A DNA stretch of 57,406 nt from an uncultured Acidobacterium sp. (GTDB lineage Bacteria; Acidobacteriota; Vicinamibacteria; Vicinamibacterales; UBA2999), in contig CAYHCX010000009.1 of assembly GCA_964355095.1 (NCBI GenBank), positions 1-57,406 on the forward strand, given 5' to 3'. This document shows positions 20,317 through 29,204 of the stretch, in pieces. Position 1 is the first letter of the stretch; each line of letters begins with the position of its first letter. The notes beneath the pieces are model-generated. The model searched no databases. It worked only from the letters and a program-made list of their open reading frames with translations, and had not been told where the DNA came from. The translations under genes and the position numbers were made by a program.

Positions 20317-22044
20317 ATGGACCGACGGGCGTTCGCCTATCTCGTTCCCCACTGGCGACGCCTCGTCCTCGTCCTGGTCATCAGCCTCGTGAGCACGGCG
20401 GCGACGCTGGCGATGCCCTACCTCTCGAAAGATCTCATCGACACCGCGCTGGTCGGCCGCGACGCCGCGGCCTTGCGGCGCATTGTCCTCATGTTCGCGG
20501 TGCTCGGCGTGGCCGGCTTCGCCCTCAACGTGGTGAGCGGCCTTCGCTACACCCGGGTCTCGGCGGAGATTCTCTTCGACATGCGGCTGTCGATGTATGC
20601 GCACCTGCAGCGCCTGTCGCCGCGCTTCTACGCCCGCACCCGGCTGGGCGACATCGTCTCGCGGCTGAACAACGACATCAGCGAGATCCAGCGCGTGGCG
20701 GCGGAGGCGGCGCTGGCCTGGGTCGGCAACGTCCTGTTTCTCGCCGGCAGCCTGGTGATGATGGTCTGGCTCGACTGGCGGCTGTCACTGGTGGCGCTGG
20801 CACCGCTGCCGATCAGCCTGATCGCGCTGGGCGTCTACCGCCGGCGCCTGGAGGGCCGCATTGCCGACCTGCGTCAGCGCAGCAGCGACATCGGCAGCTT
20901 CCTGATCGAGACGCTGCAGGCGACGTCGCTGGTGGTCGCGTCCAATGCGCAACAGCGCGAGCGGACGCGGTTCAGCGGCTTGAACGGCGCTTTCATCGAC
21001 GCCTTGATGCGCATGCAGCGCGTCACTTACTTCGCCGGCGGGTTGCCGGGCACGGTCTTGTCGATCGGGTCCGCGGTGGCGTTCTTCTACGGCGGCCTTC
21101 GCGTCATCGACGGCACGCTCACGCTCGGGACCATGGGCGCCTTCCTCGCCTACCAGATGCGGGTGTTCGCGCCGGCGCAGGCGTTGATGGGGCTGTATGC
21201 CAGCCTCACCACGGCCAAGGTGTCGTGGGGGCGGGTGCGCGAGATTCTCGATGCGCCGGTGGACGTGCAGCAGCGCCCCGGCGCCCGGCCGTTGCCCGAG
21301 TGCCGCGGTGAGGTGGCGTTCGAGGCCGTCACCCTCGGCACCGACCGTCAGTCGCGCGTGCTCGACGCCGTCTCGTTCGTCGCGCGGCCGGGCGAGTGCG
21401 TGGCGCTTGTCGGCGGCAGCGGCGTCGGCAAGAGCACCATCGCCTACCTGGCCACGCGCCTGCTCGATCCCGACAGCGGCGTCGTGAGGCTCGACGGCCA
21501 TGACCTCCGGGATCTCGCGCTCGAACACATCCGGAAGCACGTCGTGCTGGTCGAGCAGGAGCCGACGCTCTTCTACGCGAGCGTGGGCGACAACATCCGC
21601 TACGTGCGGCCCGGGGCGTCTGACACGGAAGTGCAATGGGCGGCCGAGGCATCCGGCATCGCGCGCTTCGTCGAAGCGCTGCCCAATGGCTACGCCACCC
21701 TGGTCGGCGAGCGCGGCCTGGCGCTCTCGGCCGGCGAACGGCAACGGATTGCGCTGGCCCGCGCGTTCCTCGCCGACCCGGCCGTGCTCGTGCTCGACGA
21801 GCCAACCGCGGCGCTTGACGCCGTCTCCCAGCGGCAGGTCATCGACGGCTACCAGGCGGTGATGAAGGGCCGCACCACGCTCCTGATTACGCATCGCCGT
21901 GAGCTGGCCATGGCCGCCGACCGCGTCATCGTCCTCGAGGGCTCGCGCGTGGTGGACGAGGGCCGTCCGGACGAACTGGCCGCCCGGCCCGGTGTGTTTG
22001 CCCGGCTCTTCGAGATCGAGCGGCCCGCCGGCATCGACGCATGA
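20317..22044 (+). CDS. qhpF: ABC transporter, fused TMD-NBD exporter (QhpF-like)
   Basis: Walker A GGSGVGKST, ABC signature LSAGERQR, Walker B VLVLDEPT. The track's N-terminal extension (MEVGSEKQLPTS..) is translated repeat. Confidence 0.8.
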   Translation: MDRRAFAYLVPHWRRLVLVLVISLVSTAATLAMPYLSKDLIDTALVGRDAAALRRIVLMFAVLGVAGFALNVVSGLRYTRVSAEILFDMRLSMYAHLQRLSPRFYARTRLGDIVSRLNNDISEIQRVAAEAALAWVGNVLFLAGSLVMMVWLDWRLSLVALAPLPISLIALGVYRRRLEGRIADLRQRSSDIGSFLIETLQATSLVVASNAQQRERTRFSGLNGAFIDALMRMQRVTYFAGGLPGTVLSIGSAVAFFYGGLRVIDGTLTLGTMGAFLAYQMRVFAPAQALMGLYASLTTAKVSWGRVREILDAPVDVQQRPGARPLPECRGEVAFEAVTLGTDRQSRVLDAVSFVARPGECVALVGGSGVGKSTIAYLATRLLDPDSGVVRLDGHDLRDLALEHIRKHVVLVEQEPTLFYASVGDNIRYVRPGASDTEVQWAAEASGIARFVEALPNGYATLVGERGLALSAGERQRIALARAFLADPAVLVLDEPTAALDAVSQRQVIDGYQAVMKGRTTLLITHRRELAMAADRVIVLEGSRVVDEGRPDELAARPGVFARLFEIERPAGIDA

Positions 22045-22733
22045 ACCGTCCGGTCCGCGTCGTCGTGATCGACAGCGGCGTCCATGTTGCGCATCCGCAT
22101 GTGAACGGGGTGGGCGGCGGCGTTGGCATCGATTCGTCTGGTGACGTCCACGCCGACTACGTGGACCGCCTCGGTCACGGCACGGCGGTCACCGCGGTCA
22201 TCCGCGAGAAGGCGCCGGCCGCGGAGCTGCTGATTGCGAAGGTGTTCGATCGCGAGCTGGCGGCGAGCGGTCCGGCGCTCGTCGCCGCCTGCGAGTGGGC
22301 GCTCCAGCAGGGCGCCGACATCGTGAACCTCAGCCTCGGCACCACCAATCAGCAACACGCGCCGGCACTCGCGTTCGTGGTCTCCAGGCTTCGCGAAGCC
22401 AGCGGCGTGGTCGTGGCCGCCGGTGCGCAGGACGGCGTGTCGTGGCTGCCGGGCACGCTGCCTGGTGTGTGGAGCGTGACGCTCGACTGGGCGCTGCCGC
22501 GCGAGGAGTGCCGAGTGGCGGCTCACGCCGGCAACGAAGCCTCGTTCCTGGCGTCCGGCTATCCCCGTCCTGTTCCTGGCGTGCCGCCGGAGAAGAACCT
22601 GAAGGGCCTCAGCTTCGCCGTCGCCAACGTCAGCGGCCTGCTCGCCGCCTTGCTCGAGCGGGAGGGCGGCGCCGATCCGGCCGGCACGCTCGCGCGAGCC
22701 GTGGCGGCCGGTTGGACGGGGCGAATCCGCTAG
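22041..22733 (+). CDS. qhpE: subtilisin-like serine peptidase (QhpE-like)
   Basis: VVVIDSGV (Asp), GHGTAVT (His), GLSFAVANVSG (Ser region). ATGA overlap with qhpF. Confidence 0.7.
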   Translation: MNRPVRVVVIDSGVHVAHPHVNGVGGGVGIDSSGDVHADYVDRLGHGTAVTAVIREKAPAAELLIAKVFDRELAASGPALVAACEWALQQGADIVNLSLGTTNQQHAPALAFVVSRLREASGVVVAAGAQDGVSWLPGTLPGVWSVTLDWALPREECRVAAHAGNEASFLASGYPRPVPGVPPEKNLKGLSFAVANVSGLLAALLEREGGADPAGTLARAVAAGWTGRIR

Positions 22734-25189
22734 TCGCGCCGAAGCGCGATCAGCGGATCGAGGTAACTGGCGCGGCGCGCCGGCCAGACGCAGGCGCCGA
22801 CGGCGACCACCGCCAGCAGCAAGGCAATCCCGCCTATGGTCACCGGATCGCCGGCGGTGGTCTGGACCAGGAGCTGCGAGCTCTGGAACAGCCGTCCCAC
22901 GCCGTAGGCGCCGGCGATGCCGATGGTGAGTCCGATGGCCAGCTGCACGAACGATCGTCGCAGGAACAGCCACGTCACCTGCTTGGACTGGGCGCCGAGC
23001 GCCATGCGGACGCCGATCTCCTGCGTCCGTTGCGTCACCGAGTACGCCGTGACCGCGTAGAGACCAACCGCCGACAGTGCCAGCGCGATGAACGCGAAAA
23101 TCGCGAACATCGATCCGAAGATGCGGAACGGCCAGCGCGCCTGCGCCAGTGACTGATCCAGCGTCTGGATGCCGAAAAGCGGGAGGTCGGCATCGATGGC
23201 GCGGACTTCCTCACGCAGGATCGGCGCCATGGCGTTGGGGTCGCCCTGGCTGCGAACCAGCAGTGTCATGAACGCGCGCGGGTCGGTGCGGAACGGCAGG
23301 TACGCCACCGGGTCGGGATCCGGCAGCTGAAAGTCGCGCTGCCGCACGTTTGGCGCAATGCCCACCACCGTCGCGGTCAGCGACAGCGGAATGCCCGTGC
23401 CGGGCGCCGCGGCACCCTGCAGGTCGATGGTCAGCACGATCCGCCGGCCGATCGGGTCTTCGTTGGGGAAATGCAACTGCGCGAACCGCTGGTTGATGAC
23501 CGCGCTTTCGCGGCCGGTCATGCCGTCTTCGTCGGTGAGTCCCCGGCCTCTGATGAGCGGCACGCCGATGGTATCGAAGTAGCGCGGATCGATCGTGAGC
23601 ATGGTGACGTTGGGCGCCTGTTGGCCCTGCTCGAGCGGATTGCCGTCGAGCGTCAAGCGGCGCTGGAATCCGCCCTGCATCGGCGCGTTGCTGGTGACGG
23701 TGACCGACTCGATGCGGCTGTTGGCCTTGAGCCGCTCTTCGACCTGCTGGTAGAACGCCAGTCGCTGCTCCAGCGCCGGGTACTTTCGCGCCGGCAGCGA
23801 CAGCCGCATGACCAGCAGCTTCGAGGTGTCGATGCCGAGGTCGAGGCGGTAGAGGGTCAGGAAGTTCCGCATCATGAACGCCGCGCCGGCCAGCAGCACC
23901 ACCGTCAGCGCCAGCTCGCCGACCATCAACGCGCCGGTCCAGCGGCGGGCGCGCACGCCCGCCGTGCCCGAACGTCCGCCTTCCTTGAGCACCTCGTTCA
24001 CGTCGGTCTTCGAGATATGCAGGGCCGGCGCCAGGCCGAACAGCACGCCGGTGCCGAAGCAGATCGCGGCCAGGTACGCGAACACGCTGCGATCCATCGT
24101 GAACTGGATCCAGTACGGCCGGCCCACGTCCTGGGTGGCCTGGTCGAACAGCCGGATGCCGACCAGCGAAATGGCCAGGCCGATCGCCCCGCTGATCAAC
24201 GCCAGCAGCACGCTTTCGATCAGCAGTTGGCGGATCACCCGCCACCGTGTGGCGCCGAGCGCGATGCGGACCGAGATCTCACGCCCGCGCTGTGTCGAGC
24301 GCGCCAACAGCAGGTTGGCGACGTTGGCGCACGCGATCAGGAGCACGAAGGCCACCGCGCCCATCAACGACAGGAACACGGCGCGGATCGGACCGCCGTT
24401 CATGAACTCGTTGAAGGTCTGTACCTTCGGCTGCACGTCCTTGTTGGTGTCCGGATAGTCGGCGGTGAGCTTACGGGCGAGGTTGATCATCTCGCTCTGC
24501 GCCTGGTCGCGCGTGACGCCGGACCCGAGCCGGCCGAACACCGCGAGGCCGCGTGCGTTGCGCTTCTGATCCTGCAGGCCCGCGATCAACGACAGCGGCT
24601 GCCAGAGGTCGGCATTCTGCGGGAACTTGAACCCCTCGGGCATCACGCCGATCACCACCGACGGGATGTCGTTGATGCGAACGACGCGCCCGAGCACGCC
24701 CGGGTTGCTGCCGTAGCGGTTTTGCCAGATGCCATGCCCGAGCAGGACGACCGGGGCCGCGCCGAAGCGGTCGTCTTCTGGCAGGAAGTCGCGGCCGATC
24801 GCCGGACGCTGGCGCATCACCCCGAAGGCGTTGGCGGTCACGTAGGCGCCGCTGAATTGCTCCGGTAGTTGGCCTTCGTCGCTGACGTTGGCGGGGGCGC
24901 CGCTGTACGCGGCAAGCGACTCGAAGGTCCGCGTTGCCTCGCGCCAGTCGCGGTAGTCCAGGTACGACACGCCCATGTTGCGGTCGCGCACCGGATCGAA
25001 CGAGCCAAGCGCCATGACGCGGTCCGGTTCGTCGATCGGCAAGCCGCGGATCAGCACGGCATTCACGAACGTGAACACCGTGGTGTTGACGCCAATGCCG
25101 AGGGCCAGCGCCAGTGTGGCCACCAGGGTGAACCATCTGTCCTTGACCAGCAGGCGGGCAGCGAAGCGAAGGTCTTCCCAAAATCCCAT
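22730..25189 (-). CDS. ADOP-family duplicated MacB/FtsX-type ABC permease
   Basis: 819 aa with two MacB_PCD+FtsX halves. The N-terminus MGFWEDLRFAARLLVKDRWFT is typical of the family. Confidence 0.85.
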   Translation of the reverse strand: MGFWEDLRFAARLLVKDRWFTLVATLALALGIGVNTTVFTFVNAVLIRGLPIDEPDRVMALGSFDPVRDRNMGVSYLDYRDWREATRTFESLAAYSGAPANVSDEGQLPEQFSGAYVTANAFGVMRQRPAIGRDFLPEDDRFGAAPVVLLGHGIWQNRYGSNPGVLGRVVRINDIPSVVIGVMPEGFKFPQNADLWQPLSLIAGLQDQKRNARGLAVFGRLGSGVTRDQAQSEMINLARKLTADYPDTNKDVQPKVQTFNEFMNGGPIRAVFLSLMGAVAFVLLIACANVANLLLARSTQRGREISVRIALGATRWRVIRQLLIESVLLALISGAIGLAISLVGIRLFDQATQDVGRPYWIQFTMDRSVFAYLAAICFGTGVLFGLAPALHISKTDVNEVLKEGGRSGTAGVRARRWTGALMVGELALTVVLLAGAAFMMRNFLTLYRLDLGIDTSKLLVMRLSLPARKYPALEQRLAFYQQVEERLKANSRIESVTVTSNAPMQGGFQRRLTLDGNPLEQGQQAPNVTMLTIDPRYFDTIGVPLIRGRGLTDEDGMTGRESAVINQRFAQLHFPNEDPIGRRIVLTIDLQGAAAPGTGIPLSLTATVVGIAPNVRQRDFQLPDPDPVAYLPFRTDPRAFMTLLVRSQGDPNAMAPILREEVRAIDADLPLFGIQTLDQSLAQARWPFRIFGSMFAIFAFIALALSAVGLYAVTAYSVTQRTQEIGVRMALGAQSKQVTWLFLRRSFVQLAIGLTIGIAGAYGVGRLFQSSQLLVQTTAGDPVTIGGIALLLAVVAVGACVWPARRASYLDPLIALRRD

Positions 25190-25206
25190 GGCGAACCCTC
25201 TTCCGG

Positions 25207-25240
25207 TCAAGCCCCAAGCCCCAGGGCCCAAGCCTTCAAG
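25207..25240. repeat. heptamer array, one-armed (TCAAGCC/CCAAGCC type)
   Basis: Read directly: tcaagcc ccaagcc ccagggc ccaagcc ttcaag, in a divergent intergenic region. Confidence 0.75.
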
Positions 25241-25309
25241 TTTGTGATGACTTCAGACACCGTTACGGAGAAAAGAGGAGCCGGGTTCCGTTCGGTTACG
25301 ATTCTGGCC

Positions 25310-25819
25310 ATGACCATCCGCCGCGCCGCGGCCGCCGACGCCCCGGGACTGGCCGCCCTGGCTCGCCAGACGTTCTTCGACGCGTTCGCCTCGACCAACG
25401 ACGCCGCCGACATGGCCATCCACCTGGAGCGCGCCTACGGCGTGCCGCAACAGACCACCGAGCTGACCAGCCCCGGCATCATCACCCTGCTGGTGGAGGA
25501 GGGCGGCCAGGCCGTGGCCTATGCGCAGTTGCGGACCGGCCACGTTCCGGACTGCGTTCGCGGTGAGCGGCCCATCGAGCTGTGGCGTTTCTACGTGACG
25601 CGCGAGTGGCATGGCCGCGGCATCGCGCAGGCGTTGATGGATCGCGCGACCGCCGAGGCCCGGGCCGCCGGCGCCGGCACGGTGTGGCTGGGCGTCTGGG
25701 AGCGCAATCCGCGGGCCCTGGCCTTCTACGGCAAATGTGGTTTCGTCGATGTCGGCGAACACGTATTCTTGTTCGGGACCGATCCGCAGACGGATCGCGT
25801 CATGGCCATGCCGCTATGA
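25310..25819 (+). CDS. GNAT-family N-acetyltransferase
   Basis: MTIRRAAAADAPGLAAL.. and the acetyl-CoA motif RFYVTREWHGRGIAQALM. Confidence 0.8.
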   Translation: MTIRRAAAADAPGLAALARQTFFDAFASTNDAADMAIHLERAYGVPQQTTELTSPGIITLLVEEGGQAVAYAQLRTGHVPDCVRGERPIELWRFYVTREWHGRGIAQALMDRATAEARAAGAGTVWLGVWERNPRALAFYGKCGFVDVGEHVFLFGTDPQTDRVMAMPL

Positions 25820-26826
25820 GAAAACGCCGAGTCATCGGATTGAGCATTGTCGCCACCGGACTTATCTGGTTCCAGGTGGCCGGGCGCTTCGAGGCGCGGC
25901 GCATCGACGAGCAGCGCGAATCACGCGCCACCACGGCCACGCGCACCGCCGCCTTGCGCATCGACAGCGATCGCCTCATGGAGGCGGTGACGACGCTGTC
26001 GGATCCGAAATTCGAAGGTCGTGCCGCCGGATCCCCGGGAGGGTTGGCGGCGCGGGCGTGGGTTCTCGAGCGTTTCAAGGGAGTCGGGCTGCAGCCGGTG
26101 TCGGGCAGCTACGTGTTTCCATTCACCTTCACGCGCCTGACGATGAGCGGCCGCGTCAGCGGCGAGGGCGCCAACGTCGTCGGGCTGTGTCTCGGCACCG
26201 ACACCAAGGCGCCGGTGTTCGTGGTGTCGGCGCACTATGACCACCTGGGCGTGCGCGACGGCGCCGTCTACCAGGGTGCGGACGACGACGCGTCGGGCAT
26301 TGCGGTGATGCTGGCGGTGGCCGAGCACTGTCAGCGCACGCCGTTCCGGCGGACGGTGGTGTTTGCCGCTTTTGACGCGGAAGAGGCGGGCCTGCAGGGC
26401 GCGAAGGTGTTCGTGGCGTCGCCGCCGCTGCCGCGGGAGCGCATCGTCCTTAACGTCAACCTCGACATGGTGAGCCGCAACGACAAGCGGGAGATCTTCA
26501 TTGCCGGCACCCATCATTGGCCGCAACTGAAAGCGCCGCTCGATGCGGTCGCCCGCCGGGCGCCCATCACCGTGTTGTTCGGCCACGACAAGCCGGTCGC
26601 GATCGCGGGCGGCGTGGACGATTGGACCAACCAGTCGGACCACGGACCGTTCCACGCCGCGCAGATTCCGTTCATCTATTTCGGCGTCGAGGACCACGCG
26701 GATTATCACAAGCCGACCGACACCGCCGACAAGATCAACCGCGGGTTCTTCGTCGACGTGGCCGAAACGGTGCTCGACGCTGTGCTGCAGCTGGACGCGG
26801 CCACCACGGTGGTGCCGCCCAAGTAG
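25816..26826 (+). CDS. M28-family metallopeptidase
   Basis: SAHYDHLG, GADDDASGIAVML and FAAFDAEEAGLQGA zinc-ligand motifs. ATGA overlap with the GNAT gene. Confidence 0.8.
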   Translation: MRKRRVIGLSIVATGLIWFQVAGRFEARRIDEQRESRATTATRTAALRIDSDRLMEAVTTLSDPKFEGRAAGSPGGLAARAWVLERFKGVGLQPVSGSYVFPFTFTRLTMSGRVSGEGANVVGLCLGTDTKAPVFVVSAHYDHLGVRDGAVYQGADDDASGIAVMLAVAEHCQRTPFRRTVVFAAFDAEEAGLQGAKVFVASPPLPRERIVLNVNLDMVSRNDKREIFIAGTHHWPQLKAPLDAVARRAPITVLFGHDKPVAIAGGVDDWTNQSDHGPFHAAQIPFIYFGVEDHADYHKPTDTADKINRGFFVDVAETVLDAVLQLDAATTVVPPK

Positions 26827-26856
26827 CCGGCCGGTCCACGCCCGGAAGGGGGAGTC

Positions 26857-27030
26857 ATGGAGCAGGCGTTCTTTGACGCGGTGAAGGGCGGCAACCTCGA
26901 CGAGGTGCGGCGGCTTGTTCGCGACCGGCCCGCGCGCGCTGGCGCGCGGGACGCCAACGGCGTCTCCGGCATTCTCATCGCCATCTACAACCGTCGCCCT
27001 GAGGTGGCCGCCTGGCTCAAAAAGGGATGA
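26857..27030 (+). CDS. ankyrin-repeat protein, apparently truncated (57 aa)
   Basis: Strong RBS GGAAGGGGGAG and high G/C at third codon positions. AVKGGNLDEVRRLVRDRPARAGARDANGVSGILIA.. is ANK-like. The stop TGA lies inside the duplicated GGATGATTGGGG end of the RAYT element. Confidence 0.4.
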   Translation: MEQAFFDAVKGGNLDEVRRLVRDRPARAGARDANGVSGILIAIYNRRPEVAAWLKKG

Positions 27031-27034
27031 TTGG

Positions 27035-28118
27035 GGATGATTGGGGTCAGGCCGCGAAATACGCCCTTTTCTACTTCCGCCAGAGCTTTCTCATTGCCCG
27101 CACCCTCTTACTGACGGAGTTTGGGTGCAGCTCAAGGGCGGCCGCGATCTCCGCCAGTTTGTAGCCGTGAACAACATGAGCGCGCAGGATGAGGGAGTCT
27201 CGTTCGCTCTTTGGCCGTTTGTCGTGGCCAAACAGCTCACCTAGCGTGGGTCGCGCGAGTGCCCGGTATCGTCGCGGCAGGGCTGCCCGATAGAGCGTCG
27301 AGCCGATGTGCTCCCGAACAGCCATTTCGAACGACGGCGTACCCGCCGCGAGTCCATTCATGTCAGGCTCTTGGGCTGCGGCGTGTTCGTTCACATACTG
27401 CCGGTAACGCAGGCAGGACTCCGTTCTCGAATCCCCGTCGAACGTCCAATCCAGCCAGTCCAGGCTCAAGAACTCAGGTGCCGGCTCCATTCCGGCGGTC
27501 GCGCGATAACTGCTCCACGGCCAATCCGCGGCTCGCTCCACCAGGCCCGCTTCGACCGGGTTGCGCACGACGTAGCGATTGGCGTCGCGCAGGTAGAAGT
27601 CGCTGTCGATCAGCAGGGAGACAAACCGACCCTCGAACACATGGCCGGTCCGGTGGTGGCGTCGATTAGACGCTTGGGTATAGACGCCGTTGACGAAATG
27701 CATTGCCGACGAGAGGTTGCCCGCCGGCGTGTTCACTATCAGGTGGTAGTGATTGCTCATCAGGCAATACGACTGACACCCCACGTCATAGCGCGCGGAC
27801 GCGTCCTGGACGGCATCAAGAAACTGCCGACGGTCGACATCGTCTTCGAAGATAGACGCCTTTCGATTGCCGCGGGACATCACATGGTAGAGCGCGCCAC
27901 GATATTGAACTCTCGGTCGTCTGGCCATGGCTCGGCATGTTCCAAATTCCGCGCCACACCCGAATCGGTGATTCCGTTGATATTTTCGAGGACAATCTCG
28001 GGAGGGGTTGAGGGGGGTTGAGGAAATTGCGATTGCTGAAGCCGAAATGGAGGGCAATAATTGCGATCGGCTGAAAAGTGGAGAAAGGGCGTATTTCGCG
28101 GCCTGACCCCAATCATCC
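27035..28118. mobile_element. RAYT element bounded by perfect 35-bp inverted repeats
   Basis: GGATGATTGGGGTCAGGCCGCGAAATACGCCCTTT at 27035-27069. Its exact reverse complement is at 28084-28118. An extra direct copy of ATGATTGGGG sits at 27027-27036. Confidence 0.7.
27071..27928 (-). CDS. REP-associated tyrosine transposase (IS200-like Y1/HUH) with a C-terminal DnaA-C-like HTH
   Basis: HUH motif SNHYHLIV and catalytic Tyr region ANRYVVRNPVEAGL. C-terminal RDSLILRAHVVHGYKLAEIAAALELHPNSVSKRV. Start at ATG 27928 (MARRPRVQYRG). Confidence 0.8.
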   Translation of the reverse strand: MARRPRVQYRGALYHVMSRGNRKASIFEDDVDRRQFLDAVQDASARYDVGCQSYCLMSNHYHLIVNTPAGNLSSAMHFVNGVYTQASNRRHHRTGHVFEGRFVSLLIDSDFYLRDANRYVVRNPVEAGLVERAADWPWSSYRATAGMEPAPEFLSLDWLDWTFDGDSRTESCLRYRQYVNEHAAAQEPDMNGLAAGTPSFEMAVREHIGSTLYRAALPRRYRALARPTLGELFGHDKRPKSERDSLILRAHVVHGYKLAEIAAALELHPNSVSKRVRAMRKLWRK

Positions 28119-29204
28119 CTGGGCGAAGTGCCGGTAGGCGGAGAGGGTGCCTTCGACGAGGTGCTCGACGTCGAACCGCCCGGCGACACGCTGGCGTCCC
28201 GCCTCGCCGTAGGCGTGGCGAGTGGACGGGTCCTTCAGCAGCTTAACGATGGCCACGGCCAGTGGCGTCGGCTCGCCCGGCTCGACCAGCTCGCCGGTCA
28301 CGCCCGGCACCACCGCCTCGGGGATGCCGCCCGCGCGCGTGCCGACGACCGCCAGGCCCATGGCCATCGCGTCGAGCACCGCCGACCCCAGGCCCTCGGT
28401 GATCGAACTCATCACGAACAGGTCGGCCGACATCATCAGCGACAGCACGTCTTCGCGAAATCCCGGCAGCAGCACGTGTTTCTCGAGCGACCGGTGCTTG
28501 ACCTGCTTCTCCAGCGCCGCGCGCAACTCGCCCTCGCCGAAGATCACCAGGCGCGCGTCCGGCACCTCCCGCAGCACCGCCGGCATGGCGTCGATCAGGT
28601 GCCTCTGGCCCTTGTGCCCGACGAGCGCACCGACGTTCACGATTACCGGCACGCCGTGCGGCAGCCAGTACTCCGCGTGCAGGTCCGCCGCCTGCCGATG
28701 CGCGATCTTTCCGACGTCGATGCCGTCGTGCACCACGACGATGCGGTCCGTGGGAATGCCGTCGTGGACCAGAATGTCGCGGATGGCCGTCGACGCGGCA
28801 ATGAAGCCGTCGACTTGCCGGTACTTCCACTGCGAGAACGCGTTGCCTTGCAGATGAAAATCCACGCGCCGCGAGACGACGATCTTCGGGCGCGGCACCG
28901 GCGCGCTGAACGACAGGCCCAGCGACGCCATGGCCACCGCATGCGGGTCGTGGGCATGCACGATCGCCGGCCGCCATTGCCGCACGATGCGCGACAGCTT
29001 CCAGGCCGCGGCCAGATCGATCTCGTTCACCGGCGCCAGCGGCACCAGGTCGGGACCCTCGGACGCGCGTCGATAGAGCTCACCCTCGGGGTGCGCGACG
29101 AGCACCGCCCGGTGACCTCGCGCCCGAAGGCCGAGCACGGTCAGGAGGACTTGTTGCTGTCCTCCGCGCCACGTTCGCGCGGTGTCGATGTGGAGGGCGA
29201 ACAC
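28113..29204 (-). CDS. GT4-family (group 1) glycosyltransferase
   Basis: N-terminus ALHIDTARTWRGGQQQV and C-terminus ITEGLGSAVLDAMAMGLAVVGTRAGGIPE. The stop codon is inside the right IR of the RAYT element. Confidence 0.85.
   Translation of the reverse strand: MFALHIDTARTWRGGQQQVLLTVLGLRARGHRAVLVAHPEGELYRRASEGPDLVPLAPVNEIDLAAAWKLSRIVRQWRPAIVHAHDPHAVAMASLGLSFSAPVPRPKIVVSRRVDFHLQGNAFSQWKYRQVDGFIAASTAIRDILVHDGIPTDRIVVVHDGIDVGKIAHRQAADLHAEYWLPHGVPVIVNVGALVGHKGQRHLIDAMPAVLREVPDARLVIFGEGELRAALEKQVKHRSLEKHVLLPGFREDVLSLMMSADLFVMSSITEGLGSAVLDAMAMGLAVVGTRAGGIPEAVVPGVTGELVEPGEPTPLAVAIVKLLKDPSTRHAYGEAGRQRVAGRFDVEHLVEGTLSAYRHFAQG

Noticed and set aside
14159-22733. Interpreting the radical-SAM/SPASM + small Cys-rich peptide + ABC exporter + S8 protease cluster as a previously undescribed RiPP biosynthetic system.
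   Set aside because: The gene content equals qhpGADCBFE. The small peptide reproduces the exact crosslink-residue spacing of the QHNDH gamma subunit. So this is a known enzyme-maturation system; only its organisation and host are noteworthy.
24869-25309. N-terminal extension of the GNAT ORF in the track, and the AAAAGAGGAG at 25271-25280 as its RBS.
   Set aside because: The extension is antisense to the ADOP permease and crosses a heptamer repeat. The GNAT domain starts at MTIRRAAAADAPG (ATG 25310). The SD-like string is about 30 nt from that ATG, with no nearer in-frame start codon.
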